The notes: generated by a model from the letters alone, not told the origin. 64,000 bases of DNA from an uncultured delta proteobacterium (GCA_963816395.1 CAWFKQ010000009.1:64001-128000); one strand, 5' to 3'; counted from the first letter of the stretch, positions 1 through 10,530 are shown. Made by a program: numbers and translations.

Positions 1-1004
1 ATCAGGGCGCGGTCGGGGATGAAGTAAGGGGTCATGATGCGCACCTGGCGGCGCGCGGAGCCGATGGCGCCGATCAGGATCCAGGTGAGCTTCTCGAAAT
101 CCTCATTCGGTCCGACGCTGATCCCCCGGCACAGGCCGCCCCCCGGCAGCGGCGCCGGCGGCGGGTCGGGGCGGACGATTTCCCGGCTGGCGAAATGCCA
201 GTCTTCCAGGAAGGCCTGCTGCATCTGGCCGACCACCGGCCCGCTGACCCGGAAGTGAAGATCAATCACCCGTCGCGGGTTGTCCCCGTCCGCCAGGTGC
301 CGATCACCGATGTTCATCCCGCCGGTGAAGCCGAGACTGCCGTCGGTGATCAGCAGTTTGCGATGGTTGCGCAGGTTGAGATGGATGCCCCCCTCAGCCA
401 GCAGCGGCAGGAAACGGACCACCCGGACCCGACTTCCGTGCAGAAGCCGGCGGGCGGGGGGAAAGGAATAGCGCTCCCCCAGGGCGTCGACCAGTACCCG
501 CACATCCAGTCCGCGCGCCGCCGCCGCCTTGAGGGCGGCCGCAAATTGCCCGCCGGTGCCGTCCGCATCGAAGATATAGGTGGAGAGAAAAACGGAGCGT
601 TGCGCTTCGCCGATCGCCCGGAGCATGGCCGGGTAGGCTTCCTCGCCGTTATGCAGAATCTCGATCCGGTTGCCCGGCAGTAGCGGCCGACGGGTAACGG
701 CATCAGCCAGATGCCGCAGAGGCCGAAGTTCTGCCGCCGCCGCCGGCGCCGCTTCGGCCATCGGCGGACTGATTCCGGAATCCTGCCAGAACTGATCGCT
801 CCCCCCTCCCTGCCAATCCCGGGCCAGCGTCCGGATACGGTTCACCCCCAGCAGCCAGTACAACCCGGCGCCGATCCCCGGCAGCCCCAGGCAGATGGCG
901 ATCCAGCCGAGTGCGGCGCGGGGATCGCGCTTATGCAGCAGGGCATGGCCGGCCGAGAGCAGGGAGAACAGACCGATGAGAATCCAAAGGACCCAGCTCA
1001 GCAA
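1..1004 (-). CDS. cls: Cardiolipin synthase (PLD family); runs off the window start, one apparent frameshift near 720
   Basis: Manual minus-strand translation: TTG start at 1004 after GGAGG, N-terminal TM segment HALLHKRDPRAALGWI, then HNGEEAYPAML, the HKD motif NLRNHRKLLITDG..GFTGGMNIGD, and IMTPYFIPD. Confidence 0.9.
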   Translation of the reverse strand, partial: MLSWVLWILIGLFSLLSAGHALLHKRDPRAALGWIAICLGLPGIGAGLYWLLGVNRIRTLARDWQGGGSDQFWQDSGISPPMAEAAPAAAAELRPLRHLADAVTRRPLLPGNRIEILHNGEEAYPAMLRAIGEAQRSVFLSTYIFDADGTGGQFAAALKAAAARGLDVRVLVDALGERYSFPPARRLLHGSRVRVVRFLPLLAEGGIHLNLRNHRKLLITDGSLGFTGGMNIGDRHLADGDNPRRVIDLHFRVSGPVVGQMQQAFLEDWHFASREIVRPDPPPAPLPGGGLCRGISVGPNEDFEKLTWILIGAIGSARRQVRIMTPYFIPDRAL

Positions 1005-1096
1005 TTGACCTCCCCCGAGCTCCGGCGGAATTTTTTCTGGGACTTGTGAACACCCCGGACCCAATCTCAGACCGGGCGGGGAGGCGCCGCGCCGCA

Positions 1097-1426
1097 TCAG
1101 CGCAAGCTGGTGGCGCAGCGCGGACAGGTGAGCATGCTGGTGGAGGGCACCTTGTGTCCGCAGGTCGGACACATGAACCAGTATTTGCAGTAGCGGCATT
1201 GGATTTCCGAGAGACCCTGCTTTTTCCTGCATTTCGGGCATTGGCGGTACATCTTGCGGTTCTGGATGTAATCGGCAAAGAGCAGTCCGCAACGGGGACA
1301 CGCCTCGGCATCGCGCTTGCGAATCTCGGCGCCGCAACCCGGCGCCGGACAGACGAACACGGCCCGGCAGCCGCTGCACCAGTATTTTCCCTTCTTCAGC
1401 TCTTTGCAGACAGGACACTTTTCCAT
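1097..1426 (-). CDS. Cys-rich multi zinc-ribbon protein (109 aa)
   Basis: ATG at 1426 after AGGCGAGAGG; eight Cys pairs (CPVC, CSGC, CPAPGC, CPRC, CPKC, CRYC, CPTC, CPRC). Confidence 0.8.
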   Translation of the reverse strand: MEKCPVCKELKKGKYWCSGCRAVFVCPAPGCGAEIRKRDAEACPRCGLLFADYIQNRKMYRQCPKCRKKQGLSEIQCRYCKYWFMCPTCGHKVPSTSMLTCPRCATSLR

Positions 1427-1529
1427 ATGCCTCTCGCCTTTTTTCGGACAACACGAAGATTGTAGCATCTGCCGCCGCAAAACCAAAGAGCTGTTGCCGC
1501 CCGTGGGATTTTCCATGAATTTTAACAAC

Positions 1530-1558
1530 AGGTTATCGACCGGAGAGGCGTCTGTCAA
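1530..1558 (-). promoter_or_regulatory. Putative sigma70 promoter for the zinc-ribbon gene and possibly cls
   Basis: TTGACA-N17-TAACCT on the - strand. Confidence 0.45.
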
Positions 1559-1562
1559 ACAG

Positions 1563-2219
1563 CTATTTCTTCCGGCAGGACAGCTCGATGTCTTCCTGGC
1601 GGCCGATGAGAATGAGCAGATCGCTGTCCTTGATCACATGGTCCGGAGAGGGCAGGGCGAGAAAACGACCGGTCAGCACATCGCGGATACCGATGATGGT
1701 GACATTGAACCGCCGGCGCAGGTCGAGCTCGATAAGGTTCCTGCCGAGGAAGTGGGGCGGCGGTGCCGCCTCGGATATGGAGGTATCCTCCCCCAGGGGG
1801 ATGAATTCGAGGATATTGGGGTTGGACAGGCTGCGGGCGATCTTCTGGGCCATGTCCTTCTCCGGATAGATGACATCGGTGGCCCCGACTTTTTCCAGAA
1901 TGCGTCCGTGGTCTTCATCCAGCGCCTTGACCAGGATGCGCGGCACCTTGAGTTCGCGCAGATAGAGGGTGATCAGGGTGGAGAGGTGGGAGCGCTCGCC
2001 GGTGGAAACCACCACCGCATCCATCTCCCCGATCCCCTGCCCGACGAGAAACTCCTTGCTTCCCGCATCGCCGAGAATGGCATAGGAGACATGGTCCTGG
2101 ATGCGCTGGACTTTCTCCTTTTCCGTATCGATGGCGACGACTTCATGTCCGTCCTGATACAGTGCGCGAGCCACATGGTAGCCGAAATTCCCCAGCCCTA
2201 TCACGCAGAAGCGTTTCAT
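1563..2219 (-). CDS. ktrA: Trk/Ktr potassium uptake, NAD-binding RCK subunit (KtrA/TrkA)
   Basis: VIGLGNFG Rossmann motif, RCK_N and RCK_C layout, adjacent to the membrane subunit. Confidence 0.9.
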   Translation of the reverse strand: MKRFCVIGLGNFGYHVARALYQDGHEVVAIDTEKEKVQRIQDHVSYAILGDAGSKEFLVGQGIGEMDAVVVSTGERSHLSTLITLYLRELKVPRILVKALDEDHGRILEKVGATDVIYPEKDMAQKIARSLSNPNILEFIPLGEDTSISEAAPPPHFLGRNLIELDLRRRFNVTIIGIRDVLTGRFLALPSPDHVIKDSDLLILIGRQEDIELSCRKK

Positions 2220-2239
2220 GGAGGCCTCCGTGACCGGCC

Positions 2240-3602
2240 TCAGCCGATCATGATATTTTCTTCCGAATAGTGTACCGCCTCGCCCTTGGCGCGGCGAACG
2301 ATGGTGAAAGCGACGGTCAGCAGGCCGACCCGGCCGACAAACATCAGCAGGATGATGATCAGCTTTCCAGCCGGCAGCAGGGCACCCGTCACCCCCAGGG
2401 ACAGCCCCACCGTACCCAGGGCCGAAATCGCTTCGAAGGCATAGTCGAGAAAGGCGCCCCGGCTGGCTACAGCCGAATGTCCCGCCTGCACCAGCAACAG
2501 GGCGAACAGGCCGGTGCCGACGGTAAGGGCGGCCAGCATGACCAGGGTCAGCGCCTTGGTCACCACCTCATCCGGGATGGTCCGGCGGAACACGTTGGTA
2601 TGCGCGGTTGCCTTTGAGCCGACTGTGAAAAATAGCGACAAACAGGGCCAGGCTGGTGGTCTTGATGCCGCCGCCGGCCGAGCCCGGCGAGGCGCCAATG
2701 AACATCAGCAGCATGATCAGCAGCACCGAGGGGACGGCCAGCAGGTTGAGGTCAATGGTGTTGAAACCGGCGGTGCGGGCGGTGACGGACTGGAAGAGGG
2801 CGATCAGCAGCCCAGTCCCCGTCCCCTGCTGGAAAAGGGTATCGGCATCGATCAGCACGATCAGCACGAAACCCGCCCAGGATCAGCGCGCCGGTGGTCC
2901 ACAGGACCAGCCGCGAGTGCAGGGAGATGCGCCGCCGGCCATGCGGGCCGCAGCCGGGCGAGCAGTTCGCGGATCACCAGAAAGCCGATCCCACCCAGGA
3001 TGATCAGCCCCATGATGGTGAAATTGACCAGTGGATTGGCCTGATAGCCGATCAGGCTATCCGGAAACAGGGAGAAGCCGGCGTTGCAGAAGGCGGAGAC
3101 GGAATGGAAAACCGCGTAGTAGATGCCCTGGATGAAGCCCAGATCGGGCACGAAGGCGATAGGCCAGCAGCAGCGCCCCGATCCCCTCGATGGTAAAGGT
3201 GAGGAGCATGATGCCGCGGATCAGGCTCTGCAGGGAGTCGACCGGGGTGTGCAGCAGCGTCTCATGGATGATCCAGCGACCGCGCATACCTACCCCGAGG
3301 CGGAGATAAAAGAAGAGGTAAACGGAGAAGGTGGTGATCCCCAGCCCACCGATCTGGATCAGCAGGAGAATGACCACCTGGCCGAAAACACTGAAGCGGG
3401 TGCCGGTATCCACCACCACCAGGCCGGTGACGCACTGGGCCGAGGTGGCGGTGAACAGGGCGTCAAGGAACGAGAGGGGAGAGCCCTGGGCGGCAATGGG
3501 AAGCGATAGCAGAATCGCCCCAAGGAGAATGGCGGCCGCGTAATAGAAAATGAGGGCGTGGCCTGGAGGCAGTTTCTGCAGGCGTCGGCGGATCGGTTTC
3601 AT
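2240..3602 (-). CDS. ktrB: Trk/Ktr potassium uptake membrane subunit (KtrB/TrkH), split by about 3 frameshifts
   Basis: Four pore motifs across successive frames: FTATSAQCVTGL, SVSAFCNAGF, VTARTAGF..GASPGSAGGGIK, ISALGTVGLS. Confidence 0.9.
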
Positions 3603-3629
3603 AGAAAAGAGTCTGACCTTTCCGGCCGA

Positions 3630-3658
3630 ATGCTAACTGGCTTAACTGGCATTGGCAA
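3630..3658 (-). promoter_or_regulatory. Putative sigma70 promoter of ktrB-ktrA
   Basis: TTGCCA-N17-TAGCAT on the - strand, 28 nt upstream of the ATG. Confidence 0.5.
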
Positions 3659-3731
3659 GATTTTTCTTCCCGGCGGCATCCGCCGCGAGGCACTGCTGTC
3701 GCAAGCTCTTTCCGCATTTAAGCGGTGCGGG

Positions 3732-6601
3732 TTACAGCTTCAGGTGGGAGCGCAGGTAGCGGCCGGTATGCGAGCGGGAATTCCGGGCCACCTCCTCCGG
3801 CGTGCCGCAGGCGACGATCTCGCCGCCGCGGCTGCCCCCTTCCGGCCCGAGATCGATGATGTAATCAGCGGTCTTGATCACGTCCAGATTGTGCTCGATG
3901 ATCACCACCGTATTGCCGGCCTCCACCAGGTGCTGCAGCACATCGAGGAGCTTGCGGATATCGGCGAAATGCAGGCCGGTGGTCGGCTCATCGAGAATGT
4001 AGATGGTGCGGCCGGTGGCCCGCCGCCCCAGCTCCTTGGCCAGCTTCACCCGCTGCGCTTCACCGCCGGAGAGGGTGGTGGCGCTCTGCCCCAGGCGAAT
4101 GTAGCCCAGGCCGACTTCCCGCAGCGTCTCCAGCTTCCCCTTGATGCGGGGGATGTTTTCCAGGAAGCGGGCGGCCTGGTTGGCGGTCATGTCCAGCACC
4201 TCGGCAATGTTCTTTCCCTTGTAGTGCACCTCCAGGGTTTCCCGGTTGTAGCGCGCCCCCTTGCACACCTCGCACTGGACGTAGACATCGGGAAGAAAAT
4301 GCATCTCGATCTTGATGATGCCGTCCCCCTGGCAGGCCTCGCAGCGGCCGCCCTTCACGTTGAAGGAAAAACGCCCGGGCTTGTAGCCGCGCACCTTGGC
4401 CTCGGGAAGCTGGGCGAAGAGGTCGCGGATATCGGTGAACACCCCGGTGTAGGTCGCCGGGTTGGAGCGGGGGGTCCGGCCGATGGGGGACTGGTCGATA
4501 TCGATGACCTTGTCCAGCTGTTCCAGTCCGAGGATATCTTCGACCTTGCCGGCCTTCTCCCTGGCCCGGAAGAGGCGCTGGGCCAGAGCCCGGTAGAGGG
4601 TATCGATGACCAGGGTCGACTTCCCCGAGCCGGAGACGCCGGTGACGCAGGTCATCACGCCCAGCGGAATCTTCACCTCGATCCCCTTGAGATTGTTCTC
4701 CCGCGCCCCGCGGATGGTGAGGAAGCGCTCGCTGCGGCGTCTTTGCGCCGGCACAGCGATGGACAGCTCGCCCGACAGATAGCGGCCGGTCAGGGAGGCG
4801 GGATCGGCCAGGATCTGCTGCGGCGTCCCCTGGGCGACGATTTCCCCGCCGTGCACCCCGGCGCCGGGTCCCATGTCGATGACGTGGTCGGCCTCCAGAA
4901 TCGTCTCCTCGTCGTGCTCGACCACCAGCACCGTGTTGCCCAGGTCGCGCAGGCGCTTGAGGGTCTCCAGCAGCCGCCGGTTGTCCCGCTGGTGCAGGCC
5001 GATGGAGGGCTCGTCAAGGATGTAAAGAACCCCGACAAGGGAGGAACCGACCTGGGTAGCGAGACGGATGCGCTGCCCCTCGCCGCCGGACAGGGTGCCG
5101 GAGGTACGGTCGAGGGAAAGATAATCGAGCCCGACGTGGGACAGGAAAGAGAGGCGCTCGCGGATCTCCTTGAGCACCCGGCGGGCGATCTCCGCCTCCT
5201 TCGGCGGCAGCTGCAGGTCGGCGAAGAAGGCCTCCGCCTCGACGATGGAGAACGCGGTGACCTCGCAGATATTCTTCCCCCCCACCCGCACGAAGAGCGA
5301 TTCCTTCCGCAGCCGTGCTCCCTCGCAGGTCGGGCAGGGCATGACGTTCATGAAGCGCTCCAGATTCTCCCGCACCGCCTCCGAATCGGTCTCCCGGTAG
5401 CGCCGCTCCAGGTTGGGGATCACCCCCTCGAAGGTCTTCTCGTAGAAGTGGCGGCGCCCCCCCTGATCGAAGAAGAAGCGCACCTTCTCCTTGCCGGAGC
5501 CGTGCAGCAGGACCTGCCGCACCTTCTCCGGCAGGCGGGCGAACGGGGTGCGGACATCGAAGCCGTAATGGTCGGCCAGCGCCTCCAGCAGCTGCTGGTA
5601 GTAAAATCCGGTCCGGCTTTCCCAGGGCAGAATCGCCCCCTCGCGCAGGGAAAGCCCGGGGTTGGGGACGACCTGCTCCGGGTCGAAATACATGCGCGTC
5701 CCCAGACCGGCGCAGTCGGGGCAGGCGCCGAAGGGGTTGTTGAAGGAGAACATGCGCGGGGTGATCTCGGGCAGGGAAATCCCGCACTCGACGCAGGCGT
5801 GCTGCTCGGAGAAGAGGAGGGATCGTTCGGCTGGGGCACGGCGCGCCGCGCCCCTGCAGGCGTTTCGGTACCGCCCGGCGGAGAATCGACGATTTCCACC
5901 CGGACGATGCCGTCGGCCAGGCGCAGGGCGGTCTCCAGGGAATCGGCCAGCCGTCCCCGGATCCCCTCCTTGATCACCACCCGGTCGACCACCACCTCGA
6001 TGGTGTGCTTCTTGTTCTTGTCGAGGGAGAGCGGCTCGGCCAGCTCGTGCATCTCGCCGTCGATGCGCACCCGAACGAAGCCGTCCGCCAGCAGCTGTTT
6101 CAATTCCTTGCGGTACTCCCCCTTGCGCCCGCGGACGATGGGGGCGAGCAGGAGCAGGCGGGTTTTTTCCGGGTAGGCCTCGATCCGGCCGACCATCTGC
6201 TCCACGGTCTGCGAGGCGATCTCCCGGCCGCAGGAGGGGCAGTGCACCCGGCCGACGCGGGCGAAGAGCAGGCGCAGATAATCGTATATCTCGGTGACCG
6301 TGCCGACGGTGGAGCGGGGGTTTCTGGAGGTGGTCTTCTGCTCGATGGAAATGGCCGGCGAGAGCCCCTCGATGCTCTCCACGTCCGGCTTCTCCATCTG
6401 CTCGAGGAACTGCCGGGCATAGGCGGAGAGGCTCTCCACATAGCGGCGCTGCCCTTCGGCGTAGATGGTGTCGAAGGCAAGGGTCGATTTTCCCGAACCG
6501 GAGACGCCGGTGATGACCACCAGCCGGTCGCGGGGGATCTCCACGTCGAAGCCCTTCAGGTTATGTTCCCGGGCGCCCCGGACGATGATTTTATCTGGCA
6601 T
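3732..6601 (-). CDS. uvrA: Excinuclease ABC subunit A, one frameshift near 5820-5880
   Basis: GAREHNLK, Walker A GVSGSGKS (twice), LSGGE signatures, zinc-finger CxxC pairs. Confidence 0.97.
5830..5858. repeat. REP-like palindrome inside uvrA
   Basis: - strand GCAGGGGCGCGGCG|CGCCGTGCCCCAGC; 11-bp arms with one mismatch. Confidence 0.6.
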
Positions 6602-6609
6602 AAATGTTC

Positions 6610-6686
6610 AGGCTAGAGGCTATAAGGCAAGTGGCTATCGGTAAAGGCAGGTCTTCCTATTGCCTCTGGCCGCGAGCCTTTGCCCG
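6610..6686. repeat. 7-bp-periodic inverted repeat (AGGCWAG-like units) in the pdxA-uvrA spacer
   Basis: AGGCTAG AGGCTAT A AGGCAAG TGGCTAT ... CCTATTG CCTCTGG CCGCGAG CCTTTG. Confidence 0.65.
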
Positions 6687-6688
6687 TC

Positions 6689-7680
6689 TTATTCAGCCAT
6701 CTGCTCGGCCATCCGGATGGCCGCCACCAGGCTCCGCTCGCTGGCCCGGCCGGTGCCGGCGAGGTCGTAGGCGGTGCCGTGGTCAACGGAAGTGCGGATG
6801 ATCGGCAGACCGAGGGTGACGTTCACGCCGTCCTCGAAGTGCAGCAGCTTGAGGGGGATCAGCCCCTGATCGTGATACATGCAGACGACGGCGTCATAGT
6901 TTCCCTGGACGGCGAAGTGGAAGAGGGTGTCGGCGCTGTGCGGTCCGCTCGCCAGGATCCCCTCTTCGCGTGCCTGCCGGATGGCGGGAACGATCAGCCG
7001 TGCCTCCTCGTCCCCGAACAGCCCCCCCTCGCCGGCGTGCGGGTTGAGGGCGAGGACGGCGATTCGCGGCCGCTGCAGCCGGAAGAAGCGACGGAAGGCG
7101 GCAGCGGTGATGCGGATCGTCTCCAGGATTTCCCCGGTGGTAAGCACCTCCGGCACCTGCCGCAGGGGGAGGTGGGTGGTGACCAGACAGACCTTGAGCC
7201 GCTCGCCGCCGAGCATCATCACCACCTTGCGGCGCGCCGCAGCGGGCGGCCAGCAGTTCCGTATGGCCGGGGAAATCGTAGCCGGCGGCATGGATGGCCG
7301 CCTTGCTGATCGGCGCCGTGACCATCGCCGCCGCCGCCCCGGCCAGGCAGCGGCCGCAGGCCCACTCGATGTAGCGGGCCATGGCCAGAGCCGCAGGCGG
7401 CGTCCGGTCGGCCATAAGGGGGGTGGTCGAGGGAGGAGAGGGCATGCAGGAGCAGCTCCCGGCCGTCAACCGTCAGGCGGTGAGTGGCCATGCCGCTGCC
7501 CGCCGCCAGCGCACCCGACGCCCCGAAAACCGCCGCCGCACGCTGCAGCACCCCCGGATCGCCGGCCACCAGCAGCGGTCGGGACAGGTGGTCCAAGGCC
7601 CCGGACAGCAGGGCCTTGAGGATGATCTCGGGGCCCACCCCGGTCGGGTCCCCCATGGTCACGATGAGCGGCTCTGGCAC
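6689..7680 (-). CDS. pdxA: 4-hydroxythreonine-4-phosphate dehydrogenase, frameshifted
   Basis: [50 protein letters not shown]. Confidence 0.95.
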
Positions 7681-7867
7681 GAGCTTCCCCCGGATAAGGC
7701 AAGAGGCCATCTTAACTTATCCCAGGCTCATCTGACAACCGCAATCACTCGTTCCTGTTTTCGTTCCAAAGCCCGCAGCAAATCCGTTGTACTCTGGTGC
7801 CTTGATCGCGAATTTTTTTGACCCTGCCTGGAGGCTCCCTCCATCCGGATTGCCGGCGGCAAAAAGG

Positions 7868-7896
7868 TTGACACCGGTCGCTTCGGGTGCTAATAA
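7868..7896 (+). promoter_or_regulatory. Putative sigma70 promoter of hisI-hisG
   Basis: TTGACA-N17-TAATAA with an extended -10 TG. Confidence 0.55.
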
Positions 7897-7939
7897 GAAG
7901 CGATTTTTTATCGTTTTTTTACGTCACCGGAGGTGCACC

Positions 7940-8320
7940 TTGATCAAGATCGATTTCGCAAAGATGGGAGGATTAATTCCGGCCATCATTCAGGATTATG
8001 AAACCGGCGAGGTGCTGATGGTCGCCTTCATGGACGAGAAGACCCTCAATCTGACCCTTGAGTCGGGCAAGACCTGGTTCTTCAGCCGCAGCCGCAACAA
8101 GTACTGGATGAAGGGGGAGGAGTCGGGCAATACCCAGGAGGTGAAGGAGGTGCTGACCGACTGCGACGCCGACACAGTGGTGATCAAGGTCAAGCAGAAC
8201 GGCCCCGCCGCCTGTCACACCGGCAACCGCAGCTGCTTCTACGTGAAATGGGAGAACGGCCAATGGGTGGAGCATTCCAACCCGCTGTTCGATCCCAGCG
8301 AGGTCTATAAGAAAAAATAG
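7940..8320 (+). CDS. hisI: Phosphoribosyl-AMP cyclohydrolase
   Basis: TTG start after [42 protein letters not shown]. Confidence 0.95.
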   Translation: MIKIDFAKMGGLIPAIIQDYETGEVLMVAFMDEKTLNLTLESGKTWFFSRSRNKYWMKGEESGNTQEVKEVLTDCDADTVVIKVKQNGPAACHTGNRSCFYVKWENGQWVEHSNPLFDPSEVYKKK

Positions 8321-8385
8321 AATTTCGCCCTCCACTCCGGGCGCCCGCCCATGCGCCCCCCACACCCGTTCTTGCGAGGAATTGC

Positions 8386-9261
8386 ATGGCCAGCATCCTG
8401 AAATTCGGCATCCCCAAGGGGAGTCTGGAGAGCGCCACCGTCGATCTGTTCAAACAGGCGGGATGGACGGTGAACGTCTCTTCCCGCAGCTATTTCCCCG
8501 CTGTCGATGACGAGGAAATGAAGTGCAGCCTGATCCGCCCCCAGGAGATGGGAAAGTATGTCGAGCGCGGCACCATCGACGTTGGCATCGCCGGCCGCGA
8601 CTGGGTGGCGGAGAACAATTCGGACGTCGTCACCGTCTGTGAAATGATCTATTCCAAGGTTTCCCGCCGGCCGGTACGCTGGGTGCTGGTGGTGGCCCAG
8701 GACTCGCCGGTGCGGAAGCCGGAGGACCTGCGGGGAGCGACGATCTCGACCGAACTGGTCGGCTTCACCAACCGCTACTTTGCCGAACGGGACATCCCGG
8801 TGACGGTGGAGTTCTCCTGGGGGGCCACCGAGGCCAAGGTGGTGGAGGGGCTCTGCGACGCCATCGTCGAGGTCACCGAAACCGGCTCCACCATTCGCGC
8901 CAACGGTCTGCGCATCGTTTGCGACCTGATGGAGTCGGTGCCGATCATGGTTGCCAACAAGCAGGCCTGGGCCGATCCCTGGAAACGTGAAAAAATCGAG
9001 CAGATCGCCACCTTGCTGCAGTCGGCGCTGCGCGCCGAGGGGATGGTGGGGCTGAAGATGAATGCGCCGGCCGATCGCATCGACATCATCACTTCGGTCC
9101 TGCCCAGCCTCAAGAACCCGACGGTCGCCCACCTCTACAATTCCGACTGGGTCTCCATCGAGAGCATCCTCCCCGAAAAGGAAGTCCGCCGCATGATCCC
9201 CGAACTTCTCCGGCTCGGCGCCCAGGGAATCGTCGAATACCCCCTCAGCAAAATCATCTGA
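8386..9261 (+). CDS. hisG: ATP phosphoribosyltransferase, long form
   Basis: [35 protein letters not shown]-terminal regulatory domain. Confidence 0.95.
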   Translation: MASILKFGIPKGSLESATVDLFKQAGWTVNVSSRSYFPAVDDEEMKCSLIRPQEMGKYVERGTIDVGIAGRDWVAENNSDVVTVCEMIYSKVSRRPVRWVLVVAQDSPVRKPEDLRGATISTELVGFTNRYFAERDIPVTVEFSWGATEAKVVEGLCDAIVEVTETGSTIRANGLRIVCDLMESVPIMVANKQAWADPWKREKIEQIATLLQSALRAEGMVGLKMNAPADRIDIITSVLPSLKNPTVAHLYNSDWVSIESILPEKEVRRMIPELLRLGAQGIVEYPLSKII

Positions 9262-9281
9262 TCCGCTTCTGCCTGATGCAG

Positions 9282-9319
9282 AAAGGGTGGAACGGCTCCT
9301 CAGCCGTCCCACCCTTTTT
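9282..9319. terminator. Intrinsic terminator between convergent hisG and the GAF gene
   Basis: AAAGGGTGGAACGGCT-CCTC-AGCCGTCCCACCC followed by TTTTTG. Confidence 0.7.
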
Positions 9320-9357
9320 GTTTATCGCCCCGCCTGTTGTTTACACCTGCCCTGCAG

Positions 9358-10530
9358 CTAGCCCTTTTTCCCCTGCAGATACCCCACGGTGGCTGTCCAG
9401 AAGGACAGGTCATTTCGGGTCCTTTCGTAAAGCCGGGCATTCAGGATGGCAATGCCGGCGATTTCGGCAAGGGCGGCGAGGAAGGTGACCTCCTCCTGGC
9501 TGTACTGGCGCTGCTGCGCCGAGTAGATGCGCAGAATGCCAATCACCCGGCGGCGGGCGACGATCGGCAGGGAAAGAATCGAAGCGATCCCTTCGGCCAT
9601 GGTTTCGGCCGGATATTCCAGACGCAGGTCGACAGCGGCATCGGCGATCAGCACCGGCACCCCTTCCAGCGTCTCGCGAATGCTCCGGTCGGTGTGCGGC
9701 GGGCCTTTCCGCAGAAAGCGGTCGCTCAGCCCGCGGCAGGCGAGCAGCTCCAGCTCCCCGGTTGTTTCGTTGATCAGGCGCAGGGCACACCCCTTGACCT
9801 GCAGGATGGCAATGACCCGATCGACAATCAGCTGCATTACTTCGCGCGAATCGAGAGTGGAGAGGATGGCCCGGGTGACTTCGTGCAGGGTGCGGAAATA
9901 GTCCAGGCTCTTGCCGGGGTCAATCGGCTGCAGGGCAAACGCCTGCAGGCCCTGCTCGCTCGCCGCGGCCACGGCCGGCAATTCGACCCCGATCTCCCTG
10001 AGCAGGGAGGAGAGCTTCACCCCTTCGGTTTCGTGGCTGCGGGCATTGGCGATGGCCAGTCCCCCCATTTCGGCCAGGGCGGAGACGAATTCGAGCTCCT
10101 CCGCACTGAAATCACGCGGCTCGGCGGTATAAAGGCGCAGCACACCAATGACCTTCTGCCGGGCAATGACCGGCAGCGAAAGTACGCTATTGATCCCCTC
10201 CGCACGCATGGCGTCCCGGTACTGCACGCGCGGGTCATCAAAGGCGTTCTGGATAAGGACTGCCTTTCCCTCCAGAACCTCGGGGATGCTCCGGTCGGCG
10301 CTCAGAGTCCCCTTCTCCAGGTAGGCCCGGCTCAGTCCGTACGCGGCGACCAGTTCGAGCCGGTTGGCCTGTTCATCGATCAGCCGCAGGCTGCCGGCCT
10401 GGGCGCCGAGGGCGGAGACGGTTCGGCGGACCAGGGCATCGAGGGTCGGCTGCAGGGAAGGGGAGGAGAGGATGGTCTGGGCAGTCTCGAAAAAAAGCCG
10501 GAAGAATTCAATCGCCTTATCCTGGGTCAT
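9358..10530 (-). CDS. Tandem GAF-domain protein with no output domain
   Basis: Two internally homologous halves (S.LSLP.....VIG.LR.Y...R.FS.EE..F..ALAE..G.AI.NAR). Confidence 0.85.
   Translation of the reverse strand: MTQDKAIEFFRLFFETAQTILSSPSLQPTLDALVRRTVSALGAQAGSLRLIDEQANRLELVAAYGLSRAYLEKGTLSADRSIPEVLEGKAVLIQNAFDDPRVQYRDAMRAEGINSVLSLPVIARQKVIGVLRLYTAEPRDFSAEELEFVSALAEMGGLAIANARSHETEGVKLSSLLREIGVELPAVAAASEQGLQAFALQPIDPGKSLDYFRTLHEVTRAILSTLDSREVMQLIVDRVIAILQVKGCALRLINETTGELELLACRGLSDRFLRKGPPHTDRSIRETLEGVPVLIADAAVDLRLEYPAETMAEGIASILSLPIVARRRVIGILRIYSAQQRQYSQEEVTFLAALAEIAGIAILNARLYERTRNDLSFWTATVGYLQGKKG

Noticed and set aside
1097..1426. Possible multiheme cytochrome
   Set aside because: No CxxCH (CPTCGH has the wrong spacing) and no signal peptide
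3603..3731. Possible c-di-AMP riboswitch upstream of ktrB
   Set aside because: No recognisable conserved riboswitch core, and the predicted promoter leaves a leader of only about 20 nt
3558..6176. 872-aa + strand ORF, and similar long antisense ORFs at 9337-10701, 12969-15233, 47289-48380 and 54269-55711
   Set aside because: Shadow ORFs opposite well-supported high-GC genes, with no recognisable motifs
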